Below are positions 17,650 to 26,308 of a DNA stretch of 39,771 bases, one piece after another. The number at the start of each line of letters is the position of its first letter. Position 1 is the first letter of the stretch. The notes under the pieces are model-generated. The model saw nothing but the letters and a program-made list of their open reading frames with translations, was not told the origin of the DNA and searched no databases. The DNA is from Terriglobia bacterium (GTDB lineage: Bacteria > Acidobacteriota > Terriglobia > Versatilivoradales > Versatilivoraceae): assembly GCA_041484625.1 (NCBI GenBank), contig JBGPHY010000003.1, positions 1 to 39,771 on the forward strand, in the 5' to 3' direction. Made by a program: the position numbers and the translations under genes.

Positions 17650-18399
17650 TTAGTTTCGCAGGTTCCTGCGGATCTCGGCCAACCGGGAGACAACCTGGCT
17701 GGGTTCTCTGTGTCTCAAGTCACTGTTTTCTTTGTGCCTCACTTCCAGGATCTCCCGGAAGCTGGGACTGCGGGGCAAACGCTTCATGGCTCCATGCCTG
17801 CCGGATCCGACCATTGAAGTCCCCCAACCGGAGGAGAGTGACTTTGCGACCTGCAGAAATCTTTGAGGTAGAGATTTTTCCGCCGCTTGCATACCATGAG
17901 CAGGAGTCGACCCAGATACCTCTTCAGTAAGAAACTCAACTCCAGGAACCGGGATCCTTTCAAGAACTGAGATGGAGCTGGATGTGCAGCCAATCAGGAG
18001 ATGGTCGCCACCGACTTTGACAATGTTCAGGTTCCTCTTCTCTCCTAGGGAAACCGTTTCCAGAATCTGGATCCATTTCCGCTTGCCGGCCGTCCCGAAC
18101 TGACCGGAAAGATATTTCCTCAGCATAAACGCAGCAGCGAAGAATAAGGACAGGACCAGAAGGAAGACTCCTAAAACTCTTAGCCCAGTCATGACAAACC
18201 CTCGCTCCTCTGTCTCTGCAATGGCCATGGCCTGGGCCGGTAGTCTTGCTGAGGTTGAAATCGGGTTCCCGCAGCGAATCCATTCCAACCGGGTTACTCC
18301 GCCAGGAATAATAGGTCTGGCTGCACTGTAGTCAGAAAGCCCCAGGATTCCGACCACAATTAGAATTGTCCGCAATTGGATATTTAAACCGCTAGCCAT
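17650..18399 (-). CDS. fliO: FliO/FliZ-family export chaperone with long N- and C-terminal extensions
   Basis: TM helix, then IQILETVSLGEKRNLNIVKVGGDHLLIGCT..SISVL. Between fliN and fliP. ATG 18399 overlaps the end of the upstream gene. Confidence 0.85.
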   Translation of the reverse strand: MASGLNIQLRTILIVVGILGLSDYSAARPIIPGGVTRLEWIRCGNPISTSARLPAQAMAIAETEERGFVMTGLRVLGVFLLVLSLFFAAAFMLRKYLSGQFGTAGKRKWIQILETVSLGEKRNLNIVKVGGDHLLIGCTSSSISVLERIPVPGVEFLTEEVSGSTPAHGMQAAEKSLPQRFLQVAKSLSSGWGTSMVGSGRHGAMKRLPRSPSFREILEVRHKENSDLRHREPSQVVSRLAEIRRNLRN

Positions 18400-18721
18400 T
18401 GTGGTCCGCCAGTTCATTGATCTTGATCCCGACCTTGTCCTCGATAATCACTACTTCGCCCCTTCCCAAAAATACCCCGTTGATAAAAATGTCCAGACTA
18501 TTGCCAACGGGCTTGTCGAGTTCAATGACGGAATGGTAGCCGAGTTTAAGCAAGTTCGACAGCTTCAACGTGCTGCGGCCCAGCTCGATGGAAAGCTTCA
18601 GAGGGACAGAGGCAAAAGGTTTCAATGCCTGCTGTTCCTCGGCCATTTCTACGAGGACTTCATCTTCGCGAATCCCTGCGGTTCCCGTTTCCTGGTCGTG
18701 ATCATGCTCTTCCGGGATCAT
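18392..18721 (-). CDS. fliN: Second FliN-like (SpoA domain) protein
   Basis: VPLKLSIELGR, LLKLGYHSVIELDKPVG, GRGEVVIIEDKVGIKI, with an acidic N-terminus. Confidence 0.88.
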   Translation of the reverse strand: MIPEEHDHDQETGTAGIREDEVLVEMAEEQQALKPFASVPLKLSIELGRSTLKLSNLLKLGYHSVIELDKPVGNSLDIFINGVFLGRGEVVIIEDKVGIKINELADHNG

Positions 18722-18730
18722 GTTTCACCC

Positions 18731-19309
18731 TTATAACTGCACAACGAAGTCCGTGAAGAAAACATCATTGGCGGACTTCTCTGGCAGGAATTCGTTGAGC
18801 TTCTCGATGATCTCCTTCTTCAATTTCTGCTTTCCTTCGTTGGTGATCACGTCGTCTGCGACCTTGGTTGTCAGGATACCCAAGATGGTGTCGCGCATAC
18901 GTGGAACGAATACACCGCCGGTCGTAATTTTCTCGGCGAATTCTTTGCCAGGAACTAGAATTTGAATGGTGGTCTTTAGGTAACGACTGGTGTCTTTGTC
19001 TGCCAGGTTCACCAGGAAGGGCTCCAAAGTGACCGTAGCTCCTTCACCTGTGTCGGCTTTTCCTTTCCCCTTAACAGGATCCTTCTTGGAATGGTCAGAC
19101 CCGGCCTCGACGGTTGCCTCGGTTTCGGAAGCGGAATGCGAAGACGCACTGGCCTTGTGCATTTTGAAGTAGTTCCATCCCAAAAACCCCCCCGCGCCTG
19201 TTAGAACAACCACCAGGGCTAACAGGATCCACCGGAGTTTGGACTTGGCTGGTTTGGGTGTCTCCGCTGGTGGCGCCGCCTTGTTGCCCTTCGGTTCATC
19301 TTTGGCCAT
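18731..19309 (-). CDS. fliL: Basal-body-associated protein FliL
   Basis: Single TM helix, LEPFLVNLAD...RYLK, RD.IL.IL, GKQKLKKEI, VFFTDFVVQ. Confidence 0.96.
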   Translation of the reverse strand: MAKDEPKGNKAAPPAETPKPAKSKLRWILLALVVVLTGAGGFLGWNYFKMHKASASSHSASETEATVEAGSDHSKKDPVKGKGKADTGEGATVTLEPFLVNLADKDTSRYLKTTIQILVPGKEFAEKITTGGVFVPRMRDTILGILTTKVADDVITNEGKQKLKKEIIEKLNEFLPEKSANDVFFTDFVVQL

Positions 19310-19357
19310 AACTCTCCACCTTCAAATTGAAATGCACCTAATTGCACTTCCCGATAG

Positions 19358-19373
19358 TGCAATGGGGCTACCA
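19358..19373 (-). promoter_or_regulatory. Sigma54 promoter for the fliL-flhB operon
   Basis: Minus strand TGGTAGCCCCATTGCA, close to TGGCAC-N5-TTGCA, 49 nt upstream of the ATG. Confidence 0.75.
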
Positions 19374-19458
19374 CTCAAGCAGATTTTTGCAGGACTTCTA
19401 ACTATTTTTAATTCAGCATATTAGGGGGAATAGAAAAACGGCTGGGGGTCCGATGTGT

Positions 19459-19491
19459 GTCAAGGGAATTGACAATTGACAAGAGATTGAC
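19459..19491. promoter_or_regulatory. Candidate FleQ/FlrA-type enhancer boxes upstream of fliL
   Basis: GTCAAGGGAATTGAC (19459-19473) and GACAAGAGATTGAC (19478-19491), with three TTGAC half-sites, about 85-120 nt upstream of the -24 box. Confidence 0.5.
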
Positions 19492-19551
19492 AGAAACAGA
19501 GGCGGGGATCGGAAATGACCATTCGAACAAGCTGGGTGAGGTAACTGGCTG

Positions 19552-19611
19552 GCCTTCGCACTCGTCTCTCAGCTCGCTGGTCCTCGAGACTGAGAGTCCG
19601 AGCACGAAGGC
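19552..19611 (-). repeat. 60-nt imperfect inverted repeat (long RNA hairpin) downstream of flgE
   Basis: GCCTTCG-ca-CTCG-t-CTCTCAG-CTCG [ctggtcct] CGAG-a-CTGAGAG-tc-CGAG-ca-CGAAGGC. The ca/ca mismatch becomes G:U pairs on the minus-strand transcript. Confidence 0.7.
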
Positions 19612-19650
19612 AGGTACGGGATTCACAGAGCCCTATTCAAGCCCTCAAGA

Positions 19651-21006
19651 CTACCGCACCAGGTTGATCGACTCCTGTGTAACCTGGTCGGTGATGCTGA
19701 TCACCCTCGAATTGGCTTGGTAACCCCGCTGCGAGATGATCATGTTAATGAACTCGGAGGCAATGTCCACATTGGAAAGCTCGAGCGAACTAGCTGCTAT
19801 CTTGCCTCGGCCTCCGGCAGCCGCGCCCCCAATGCTAGGCTCACCGGAGGAAGTGGAGGAGCTGTAATTGTTGCCTCCCGTTTTGAGGAGCCCGGCCGGG
19901 TTATTGAAGGTTGCCAGTGCAATTCTTGCCAACTCAGCAGTTTGCCCGTTGCTGAAGATTCCCTGGACGGTACCGTCCTCTGCAACTGTGAAGGAAGAAA
20001 GACTTCCGGCGGCGAAACCATTCTGAGCACTGGAAGAAGTTGCTGACGGGGCTGCATAGCCGGTCAGGTCGGATGTATAGGAAATAGAACTGTCGGCTTT
20101 GGCCACGTCCCAGGTGAAGGACATTGCCGACGCACCGTTGGTGAAAGTGGGTGTGGTGATCGGTATTGGCACCACTGCTGGATCGAGCAATGGAGGCGGA
20201 GTAGCGTTGAGGACCGAGTTCCCGTCCACCAAACTCAGTTTGCCGGTGGCGTCAAAAACCATAGTCCCGGCAGGGGCTGTGGGCGGTGCTCCTGCGGCTC
20301 CGATCAGACTGTAAGCCGTTCCGGCAGTCCCTCCCGTGACTTCTCCTCCATCGACGGTGATGTCGTAAGACCACTCCCCGGGATTGGCACCCTTGGTGAA
20401 AACATAGTTCAACTGGTGGCTAGAGCCGAGGGAGTCAACCACGCGCATACTGCTGGTAAAGACAGTGCCTGACGTAGCATTGGCATCCAGGTTTGAAATC
20501 AGTCGGACGCTGGTGGTAGCGGTAGGGGCAAACAGAGTTCCCGGAGGAATCGTGATATTGCTCAATGCCCCATCGGCCATGATCTTGTTGGTGGCCGGAT
20601 CTTTTTGCGTATATCCCTGGACAAACAGACCATCTGCAGTGACCAGGTTGCCTTTGGCGTCCACATTGAAGTTGCCGGCCCGAGTGTAGCTGTTTCCCTC
20701 ACCATTGTTCACCACAAAGAAGCCTCCCCCCTGGATGGCCATGTGACTGTTGATTCCAGTCGTCTGCAGGCTCCCCTGAGAGAAGTTCATGCTGGTGCCT
20801 GCAGCCGTGGTGCCCAAACCGACCTGCATTGGATTGGTGCTGCTACTGCCGCCACTGAGTGTCTGGCTTAGCAGATCCTGAAACGTAGCCGAACTGCTCT
20901 TGTAACCAACCGTGTTCGAGTTGGACAGGTTATTCCCGATCAGACTGAGCTGCAGAGCATTGGCATTTAATCCGGATAATCCTGCATACATTGAAGTTAA
21001 GGCCAT
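19651..21006 (-). CDS. flgE: Hook protein FlgE
   Basis: GLSGL.AN...L..IGNNLSN.NTVGYK, QVGLG, YTRAGNF, LELSNVDIASEF..MI.SQRGYQANSRVI. Confidence 0.98.
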   Translation of the reverse strand: MALTSMYAGLSGLNANALQLSLIGNNLSNSNTVGYKSSSATFQDLLSQTLSGGSSSTNPMQVGLGTTAAGTSMNFSQGSLQTTGINSHMAIQGGGFFVVNNGEGNSYTRAGNFNVDAKGNLVTADGLFVQGYTQKDPATNKIMADGALSNITIPPGTLFAPTATTSVRLISNLDANATSGTVFTSSMRVVDSLGSSHQLNYVFTKGANPGEWSYDITVDGGEVTGGTAGTAYSLIGAAGAPPTAPAGTMVFDATGKLSLVDGNSVLNATPPPLLDPAVVPIPITTPTFTNGASAMSFTWDVAKADSSISYTSDLTGYAAPSATSSSAQNGFAAGSLSSFTVAEDGTVQGIFSNGQTAELARIALATFNNPAGLLKTGGNNYSSSTSSGEPSIGGAAAGGRGKIAASSLELSNVDIASEFINMIISQRGYQANSRVISITDQVTQESINLVR

Positions 21007-21037
21007 GGTCGTTCTCCCTTTCTAAATGATTCTTGAT

Positions 21038-21334
21038 CTATCCTTGAGTATTCGTTTTCTCGGCCACATCACTCTGGAGGCCCAGGCTCTTCTTCAGGAG
21101 AGCTTCAATTGAGGTCAGTTTCTCCAGGGAACTAAATGTTGCCAATTGGGCAATGAATTCCGAATTCTGCAGGGGCTGCAACGGATCCTGGTTCTTCAGT
21201 TCTGTCACCAATAGCATCAGGAACTGGTCCTCACCAAGACTCTTGGGATTGATGGTATTGTCGGTAGTTTGCGCCGTCTTCCCGGAGGGATCGATTGTCG
21301 TTCCGGTTCCAGTGATTCCATTGATTGAATTCAT
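21038..21334 (-). CDS. flgD: Hook-capping protein FlgD (N-terminal domain only, 98 aa)
   Basis: LGEDQFLMLLVTELKNQDPLQPL.N.EFIAQLATFSSLE. Only 31 nt separate it from flgE. Confidence 0.94.
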   Translation of the reverse strand: MNSINGITGTGTTIDPSGKTAQTTDNTINPKSLGEDQFLMLLVTELKNQDPLQPLQNSEFIAQLATFSSLEKLTSIEALLKKSLGLQSDVAEKTNTQG

Positions 21335-21372
21335 AAGTTTCCTCTCTATCGCTTTAATTCCGTCAGACAGAA

Positions 21373-21388
21373 AGCATCAGCAGTACCA
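21373..21388 (-). promoter_or_regulatory. Sigma54 promoter for flgDE
   Basis: Minus strand TGGTACTGCTGATGCT (GG-N10-GC), 39 nt upstream of the ATG. A GGAAAATTCTGCC box lies at 21502-21514. Confidence 0.72.
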
Positions 21389-21528
21389 AACCGATTCGAG
21401 AACAATAATTTTCTACATGCCTTGAAACCCTTGTCCAGCCAGTATTTCCACTTTCTTCACTCCGTCTCATTTCAGCCTTCCTCTTTTTTTCACAAGGATG
21501 GGGAAAATTCTGCCTGGGTAAAATAGTT

Positions 21529-23703
21529 CTAGGCGATCAGGTTGAGGACTCGATTCGACGGAAGCAAGGGCGACAAGGAGAGTTCCCTTTCCTGACTCTC
21601 AGGCTCGGGCGAACGGAAAGAATCATTGAAGGGTAATCGAGATGGCTGCTGGGACTCGAGGCCCTGCTGTTGCCGAGAGTCGCCGGGGTTCAGTTGGCCG
21701 AAGGTGAGTTCACTTCCCTGGACGACAGTGATTTTTGAAGCGGAAAGACCTTGTTCCTGCAGCGACTGGTGCAAGATGGGAAGGTGTGACTCTAGGAGTG
21801 ACTTGACGGCTGGTGAGTCTGCTGTAATGGTGGCCACCAGCATGTTGTTGTCCATGCTGGCATGAACACACAGCCTCCCCAGGAATTCAGGCTTCAGATT
21901 GATAACCAGTTCAGTGTTCTTGCCTGCCGTCAGCAGGTGTGCCTTTTCGACCAACTGCGAAATGACGTTCGCTTTTTCTACTTGGGTCCAGGCACGGCTT
22001 TCAGCCGGCAACGCAGCTTTCTCTATAATCAACTCGGACACGGGGGACACAGGAGGTCGGTGGATTCCGCTTGTTCCTAGCGAGGCCAGGCTTTCGTCTC
22101 CAGGCAAGAGCGTTTTTACAGCGCGCTTCTCGCCCGTGGAAGACGTACCGTGATCCTCTAACTGGCCCACCTCGCTGCTACCGGAAGTCGGTGTGTTCTT
22201 GGGAGGAGTATTCTGAGCGGCATATTTGTTGACTGGAGAATTGGTTTCGCTCTTTCCATTGTCTGGCAAAACTGCATTCTTGTCTGAACTTGTCGCCTGG
22301 CCGATAGCATTCTCCTCTGCTTCTTCCTGCTTGGGAATCTGATGAATATACTCCTCCGACAGAGATTGAGATTTCGAAAAGTTTGTCTTTTGGACTAAGG
22401 CCGCAGTCTGGGGGCTCGCTTTGGTATCTTGGGAGATCTCTTCTTTGGCCAAGAACACTTCGCTTCCAGAGGTCTTGAATTTGCCTGAGTTTGCAGCAAC
22501 CACGGGAGGATGCGCCTCTCTGGTCATCGAACTGGTCATGCTTGAATCCGGGTCTGCCTCTTTCTCGGTTCCATTTGTGCGTGAACTGGCTGCCAGTTTC
22601 TGAAAAACCTGATTGCCAATCTTTTGTTCTTTGGCAGCACTCTCGCGCGATTCGAAAGAATTTTCGAGGGCCCCGGCATTGTCGGCATTCTTCTGATGTT
22701 TCTCGTCAAGAGAGGGGGAACCATCTGGCATCAGGGATTTAACGGCATCATTAAGGCTCTGGTGCTCTCCTAGCACAGGGTGCAAACGAGACTTTGAAAA
22801 CATCGTCTGCTCCACAGCAGGATCTTGGGGCTGAGACGGGCTGGTAGCAGGCATAGAACCACTGCTTCCTGGTTCAGACTGGCCAGGGGAGCGAAGATTC
22901 TCCTTCGACACATTCTTTGCCTCTTCTATTGAACCAATCGACGTCAGCGTCGCAGACAAAATCCCGTCGCCGTTTATGCCTCCAGCTGCCGGCTCCCCCT
23001 CTGATATTGTTGCACTTGCCCCTGACGCCAAAGTCGCCTCAATCCCCTTTCGAGACGCAGCAGTCTCAGTCCCTGCACTCTCCTTCACGGCATCAGGAAT
23101 TCCTTGTTGGGTAGGAACACCAGTAGCCGGCTCAACCGGGGCATTGAGCCCGTTGGCAGTCCCCGCAAAGGGACCCGGCAGGCTGGGCACGCTGGCAGGA
23201 ACGGCAGCATTTTCAGCCGGAGGCAATTCTTGCCCATTGGCTGGTACTTGAGACAGGTTGGCCAGCAATGGTCCCGCCAGAACATCTTTTGCCTGACTGC
23301 CATCTGTTTTCTCTTCGGGCAAATCTGGCGAGGCCGGAGAATCACCTTTCTTCTTCCTGCCGGCGCAAAGGGGAAAACCTTCAGTTTGAGTGAGTGGAGG
23401 TTTAGTATCCTGGGCGACAACCTGGGGCGATTCTTCTGCTCTTGCAGCTCCGGCAGCCGGACACATTTCCGACTTCGGGGCTTCCTTTTCATTGGTTGGT
23501 TGGGGTTTAGCCCGCATTGAATCGGGCGGTGCGGCACCGGCCTGGAGTTTCTGCCCGGATGTAGGGAGAGGCGCCTTCAAGGGCTCTCGGCTGATTGAAT
23601 CCAGCAACTGACCGAAACCCTGGTCGCTCGAAGGACTGGGAGAAGAATGCGGTTTGACTTCGGATGAAGAGGAATACGGCATAACAGCCAGGTGATGGAA
23701 CAT
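21529..23703 (-). CDS. fliK: Hook-length control protein FliK (long, about 720 aa)
   Basis: Long Pro/Ser/Ala-rich disordered N-terminus and C-terminal ELVINLKPEFLGRL.V...A.I.A.SPAVK.LLE..L..L..SL..QGL domain. Between fliJ and flgD. The exact start is uncertain (23703 or 23682). Confidence 0.92.
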   Translation of the reverse strand: MFHHLAVMPYSSSSEVKPHSSPSPSSDQGFGQLLDSISREPLKAPLPTSGQKLQAGAAPPDSMRAKPQPTNEKEAPKSEMCPAAGAARAEESPQVVAQDTKPPLTQTEGFPLCAGRKKKGDSPASPDLPEEKTDGSQAKDVLAGPLLANLSQVPANGQELPPAENAAVPASVPSLPGPFAGTANGLNAPVEPATGVPTQQGIPDAVKESAGTETAASRKGIEATLASGASATISEGEPAAGGINGDGILSATLTSIGSIEEAKNVSKENLRSPGQSEPGSSGSMPATSPSQPQDPAVEQTMFSKSRLHPVLGEHQSLNDAVKSLMPDGSPSLDEKHQKNADNAGALENSFESRESAAKEQKIGNQVFQKLAASSRTNGTEKEADPDSSMTSSMTREAHPPVVAANSGKFKTSGSEVFLAKEEISQDTKASPQTAALVQKTNFSKSQSLSEEYIHQIPKQEEAEENAIGQATSSDKNAVLPDNGKSETNSPVNKYAAQNTPPKNTPTSGSSEVGQLEDHGTSSTGEKRAVKTLLPGDESLASLGTSGIHRPPVSPVSELIIEKAALPAESRAWTQVEKANVISQLVEKAHLLTAGKNTELVINLKPEFLGRLCVHASMDNNMLVATITADSPAVKSLLESHLPILHQSLQEQGLSASKITVVQGSELTFGQLNPGDSRQQQGLESQQPSRLPFNDSFRSPEPESQERELSLSPLLPSNRVLNLIA

Positions 23704-23733
23704 CAGGAGGTCCTCAAGTCAGGGGTTCAATTC

Positions 23734-24195
23734 TCAATCAGGCAATTCTTGCATCTCATGGTGTCTGAAATGCACCACCGAGAGCTCATCGAGCAACTTT
23801 TGCTCCAATTCCCTGACTTCCCTGTCATAGTGAGCCTGCCTCTTCTCTTTAAGTTTGTCCACCACTTCCCTGCGTTTCCTGGCCTCCACCAGGTTCTCCA
23901 GCTGTCGCGTTTTCTCCTTCTCGATCTTGGAAATGTGAAGAGTGATCCGAATGACGTCAAGTTCCAGCTTCTCGATGTAATTGGCCAGATGCCGGACCTT
24001 GTCGATATCAATGACGCCCTTTTGGAACTGGGTAATCAATCGCCGACAATCTTCGACCTCGTCACGGGTCTTTTCCTTGTCCTGCTGGGCCTGGAGGATA
24101 GCCTGGTTGATCTTCATGAGCTTTTGCTGCTCCCGCTCTTCGAGCAGTCGCCGGTGATGCAGGACCGATTCCAGGTTAAAGTTGAATTTCTTCAT
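23734..24195 (-). CDS. fliJ: Export protein FliJ
   Basis: MKKFNFNLESVL..R..LEE, coiled coil, EQKLLDE. Directly after fliI. Confidence 0.94.
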   Translation of the reverse strand: MKKFNFNLESVLHHRRLLEEREQQKLMKINQAILQAQQDKEKTRDEVEDCRRLITQFQKGVIDIDKVRHLANYIEKLELDVIRITLHISKIEKEKTRQLENLVEARKRREVVDKLKEKRQAHYDREVRELEQKLLDELSVVHFRHHEMQELPD

Positions 24196-25505
24196 CAGGA
24201 GAACAGGTCGCCCAACCCGCCGACAGCGGCATGATAGGTCACCTTCTCACTGCTGTTCTGGCGGAGGAAATTGTTAATGGCGTCGATCTTCTCGATGGCC
24301 TTATCGATCTGAGGATTGCTGCCTTTGACGTAAGCGCCGATGTTAATGAGATCTTCGGCCTTCCGATGAGTGGCTAAGAGCTCCCTCATTTTTCCGGCAG
24401 ACGATCGATGTTTATCCTCTGCGAGTTCCGGAAAAAGCCGGCTGGCGCTGGCCAGGATGTCGATGCAGGGGTAATGGTTTCGACTGGCGAGTTCACGGCT
24501 GAGCACAATGTGCCCGTCGAGGATGGCACGCACGGAGTCGGCGACGGGGTCGTTCATGTCGTCTCCCTCCACCAGCACTGTGTAGAAGCCCGTGATGGAG
24601 CCTTTCCCGCGGAAGTTTCCCGCCCTTTCCAAGAGCTTGGGCAGAAGCGCAAACACGGAAGGTGTGTAACCCTTGGAGGCTGGTGGCTCTCCCGCGGCCA
24701 GTCCGACTTCCCGTTGTGCCATGGCAAATCGGGTTACAGAGTCCATGACCAGCAGAACGTCTTTGCCCTGATCCTTGAAATACTCCGCGATGGCTGTCGC
24801 GGTCAATGCCGCGCGGATTCTTACCAACGGAGGGTTATCAGAAGTAGAGACCACCACTACCGAACGACGCAGTCCCTCTTCTCCGAGGTCTTTTTCCACA
24901 AAACTCCTCAGTTCGCGGCCCCGTTCTCCCACCAGAGAGATCACATTGATATCCGCGTTGGTATATTTAGCCATCATCCCCAACAGAGTGCTTTTCCCTA
25001 CCCCGCTCCCGCCAAAAATGCCTACCCGCTGACCTTTTCCACAGGTCAGGATGGCATCTACGGATCGCACACCAGTCCCTAATGGTTCACTGATGTTTTC
25101 CCTCATCAGGGGATTTGCGGGCTCTCTGTGCAGGGGGTATTCATCGGAAAACTCGAGCGATCCCAGATCGTCAATGGGGTTGCCCAGGCCGTCAAGTATT
25201 CTGCCTAGGAGCTTGGGACCTACTTTCACCAGGGCTGGTTTGTTGCGCGCCACGATCTTGTTGCCCAACTTCACTCCCTGCAAACGGCCCAGGGGCATGG
25301 ACAGGACAGTCTTTTCTTTGAAACCGATCACCTCCACTGCGGCCGATTCTGAGGAGGCTTCGTCCACGATATCGCAGAGATCGCCGACTCGGACGGGAGG
25401 CCCCTGCGACTCAATCACCAGCCCCACAGCCTTATTGATGGTGCCGACCATCTTGATGGATTCTGTCCGCTGAAGGCGAGAGTAATAAGGAGAGAAATCA
25501 ATCAT
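24195..25505 (-). CDS. fliI: Export ATPase FliI
   Basis: GQRVGIFGGSGVGKSTLLGM, LVGERGRE, MDSVTRFAMAQRE, GEPPASKGYTPSVF, ILDGHIVLSR. Confidence 0.99.
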   Translation of the reverse strand: MIDFSPYYSRLQRTESIKMVGTINKAVGLVIESQGPPVRVGDLCDIVDEASSESAAVEVIGFKEKTVLSMPLGRLQGVKLGNKIVARNKPALVKVGPKLLGRILDGLGNPIDDLGSLEFSDEYPLHREPANPLMRENISEPLGTGVRSVDAILTCGKGQRVGIFGGSGVGKSTLLGMMAKYTNADINVISLVGERGRELRSFVEKDLGEEGLRRSVVVVSTSDNPPLVRIRAALTATAIAEYFKDQGKDVLLVMDSVTRFAMAQREVGLAAGEPPASKGYTPSVFALLPKLLERAGNFRGKGSITGFYTVLVEGDDMNDPVADSVRAILDGHIVLSRELASRNHYPCIDILASASRLFPELAEDKHRSSAGKMRELLATHRKAEDLINIGAYVKGSNPQIDKAIEKIDAINNFLRQNSSEKVTYHAAVGGLGDLFS

Positions 25506-26230
25506 TCAAAGAAACCTCTTTCGATTTCCCGAAACTGCTCCTCTACCCGGGCATCAATGATACCGGATTCCGTCTCAATCAGGCACCCGCCGCGGCTGAT
25601 CATGGGATCTTCCACCAGCCTGATGCCTTCGTGGAGGGCATCTGCTGCCGCTAGCCCGGCCCGATGGCGTAAAAGCGACTGGTAGTCTTTTGGGTTCACT
25701 CGAACCGTCATGGCAGACTTCTCTCCCAGGCGGTTCAATGCCACCTTCACCAAAGCCAGGATCACTTCCTCATCGACGCTTACTTCTCTCTTCACGACCT
25801 TCTTGGCAATTTCCAGGGCCAGACGGACAACTTCATGCTTCGCCGTCTCGAAAACCTGCTGGCGCAGGCTCTTCAGTTCCTCGAGTGTCTGGGCATACTG
25901 CTTGAGAAGGGCCTCCACCATCTTTTCGCCGACCTCGCGGCCGGCCTTTTCACCTTCGCTGAATCCTCGCTCATAGGCCTGCTTTTCGACTTCTGAGGCT
26001 TGCAACTGGGCTTTTTGCAGTAGCGCTTCTACCTGTTGCTGGGCGGCTGTCAGAAAACGCTGTTCTTGTTCAGGGTTGACCGGCTCGGAAAGCATGGATG
26101 ACACATCCGAGGGAGGAACTGTCTCCTCCAAGGGCCTCAGTGTGGTCTCATGAATCTCGGCAAGATCAAAGCTGAAGGAGAGCACACTTTTCAGTTCTTC
26201 ACTGTTGGCTCTGATAATGCGCGATACCAT
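25502..26230 (-). CDS. fliH: Export ATPase regulator FliH
   Basis: AYERGFSEGEKAG (GxxxG repeats), VRVNPKD, DP.ISRGGCLIETESG.IDARVE. Confidence 0.95.
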   Translation of the reverse strand: MVSRIIRANSEELKSVLSFSFDLAEIHETTLRPLEETVPPSDVSSMLSEPVNPEQEQRFLTAAQQQVEALLQKAQLQASEVEKQAYERGFSEGEKAGREVGEKMVEALLKQYAQTLEELKSLRQQVFETAKHEVVRLALEIAKKVVKREVSVDEEVILALVKVALNRLGEKSAMTVRVNPKDYQSLLRHRAGLAAADALHEGIRLVEDPMISRGGCLIETESGIIDARVEEQFREIERGFFE

Positions 26231-26308
26231 CGGATCGTCCCCAAGTGAAGCTAAATTGAATTGCCGGGTTAGTGCACCGCCAGAGTCCTCCGGCCTTTCT
26301 CGCCGGAC

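Noticed and set aside
19408-19723. Small ORFs in the flgE-fliL gap as FlbD or mot remnants
   Set aside because: No resemblance to FlbD, MotA or MotB. The region is explained by a hairpin, enhancer boxes and a promoter.
21007-21040. flgD truncated by a premature stop
   Set aside because: Only 31 nt, including the flgE ribosome-binding site, follow the stop, so there is no lost C-terminal coding sequence. This is a naturally short form.
21529-23703. Low-complexity region as a repeat array or foreign insertion
   Set aside because: It is a continuous ORF ending in the FliK C-domain. I saw no tandem nucleotide repeats, and disorder is expected for a ruler protein.
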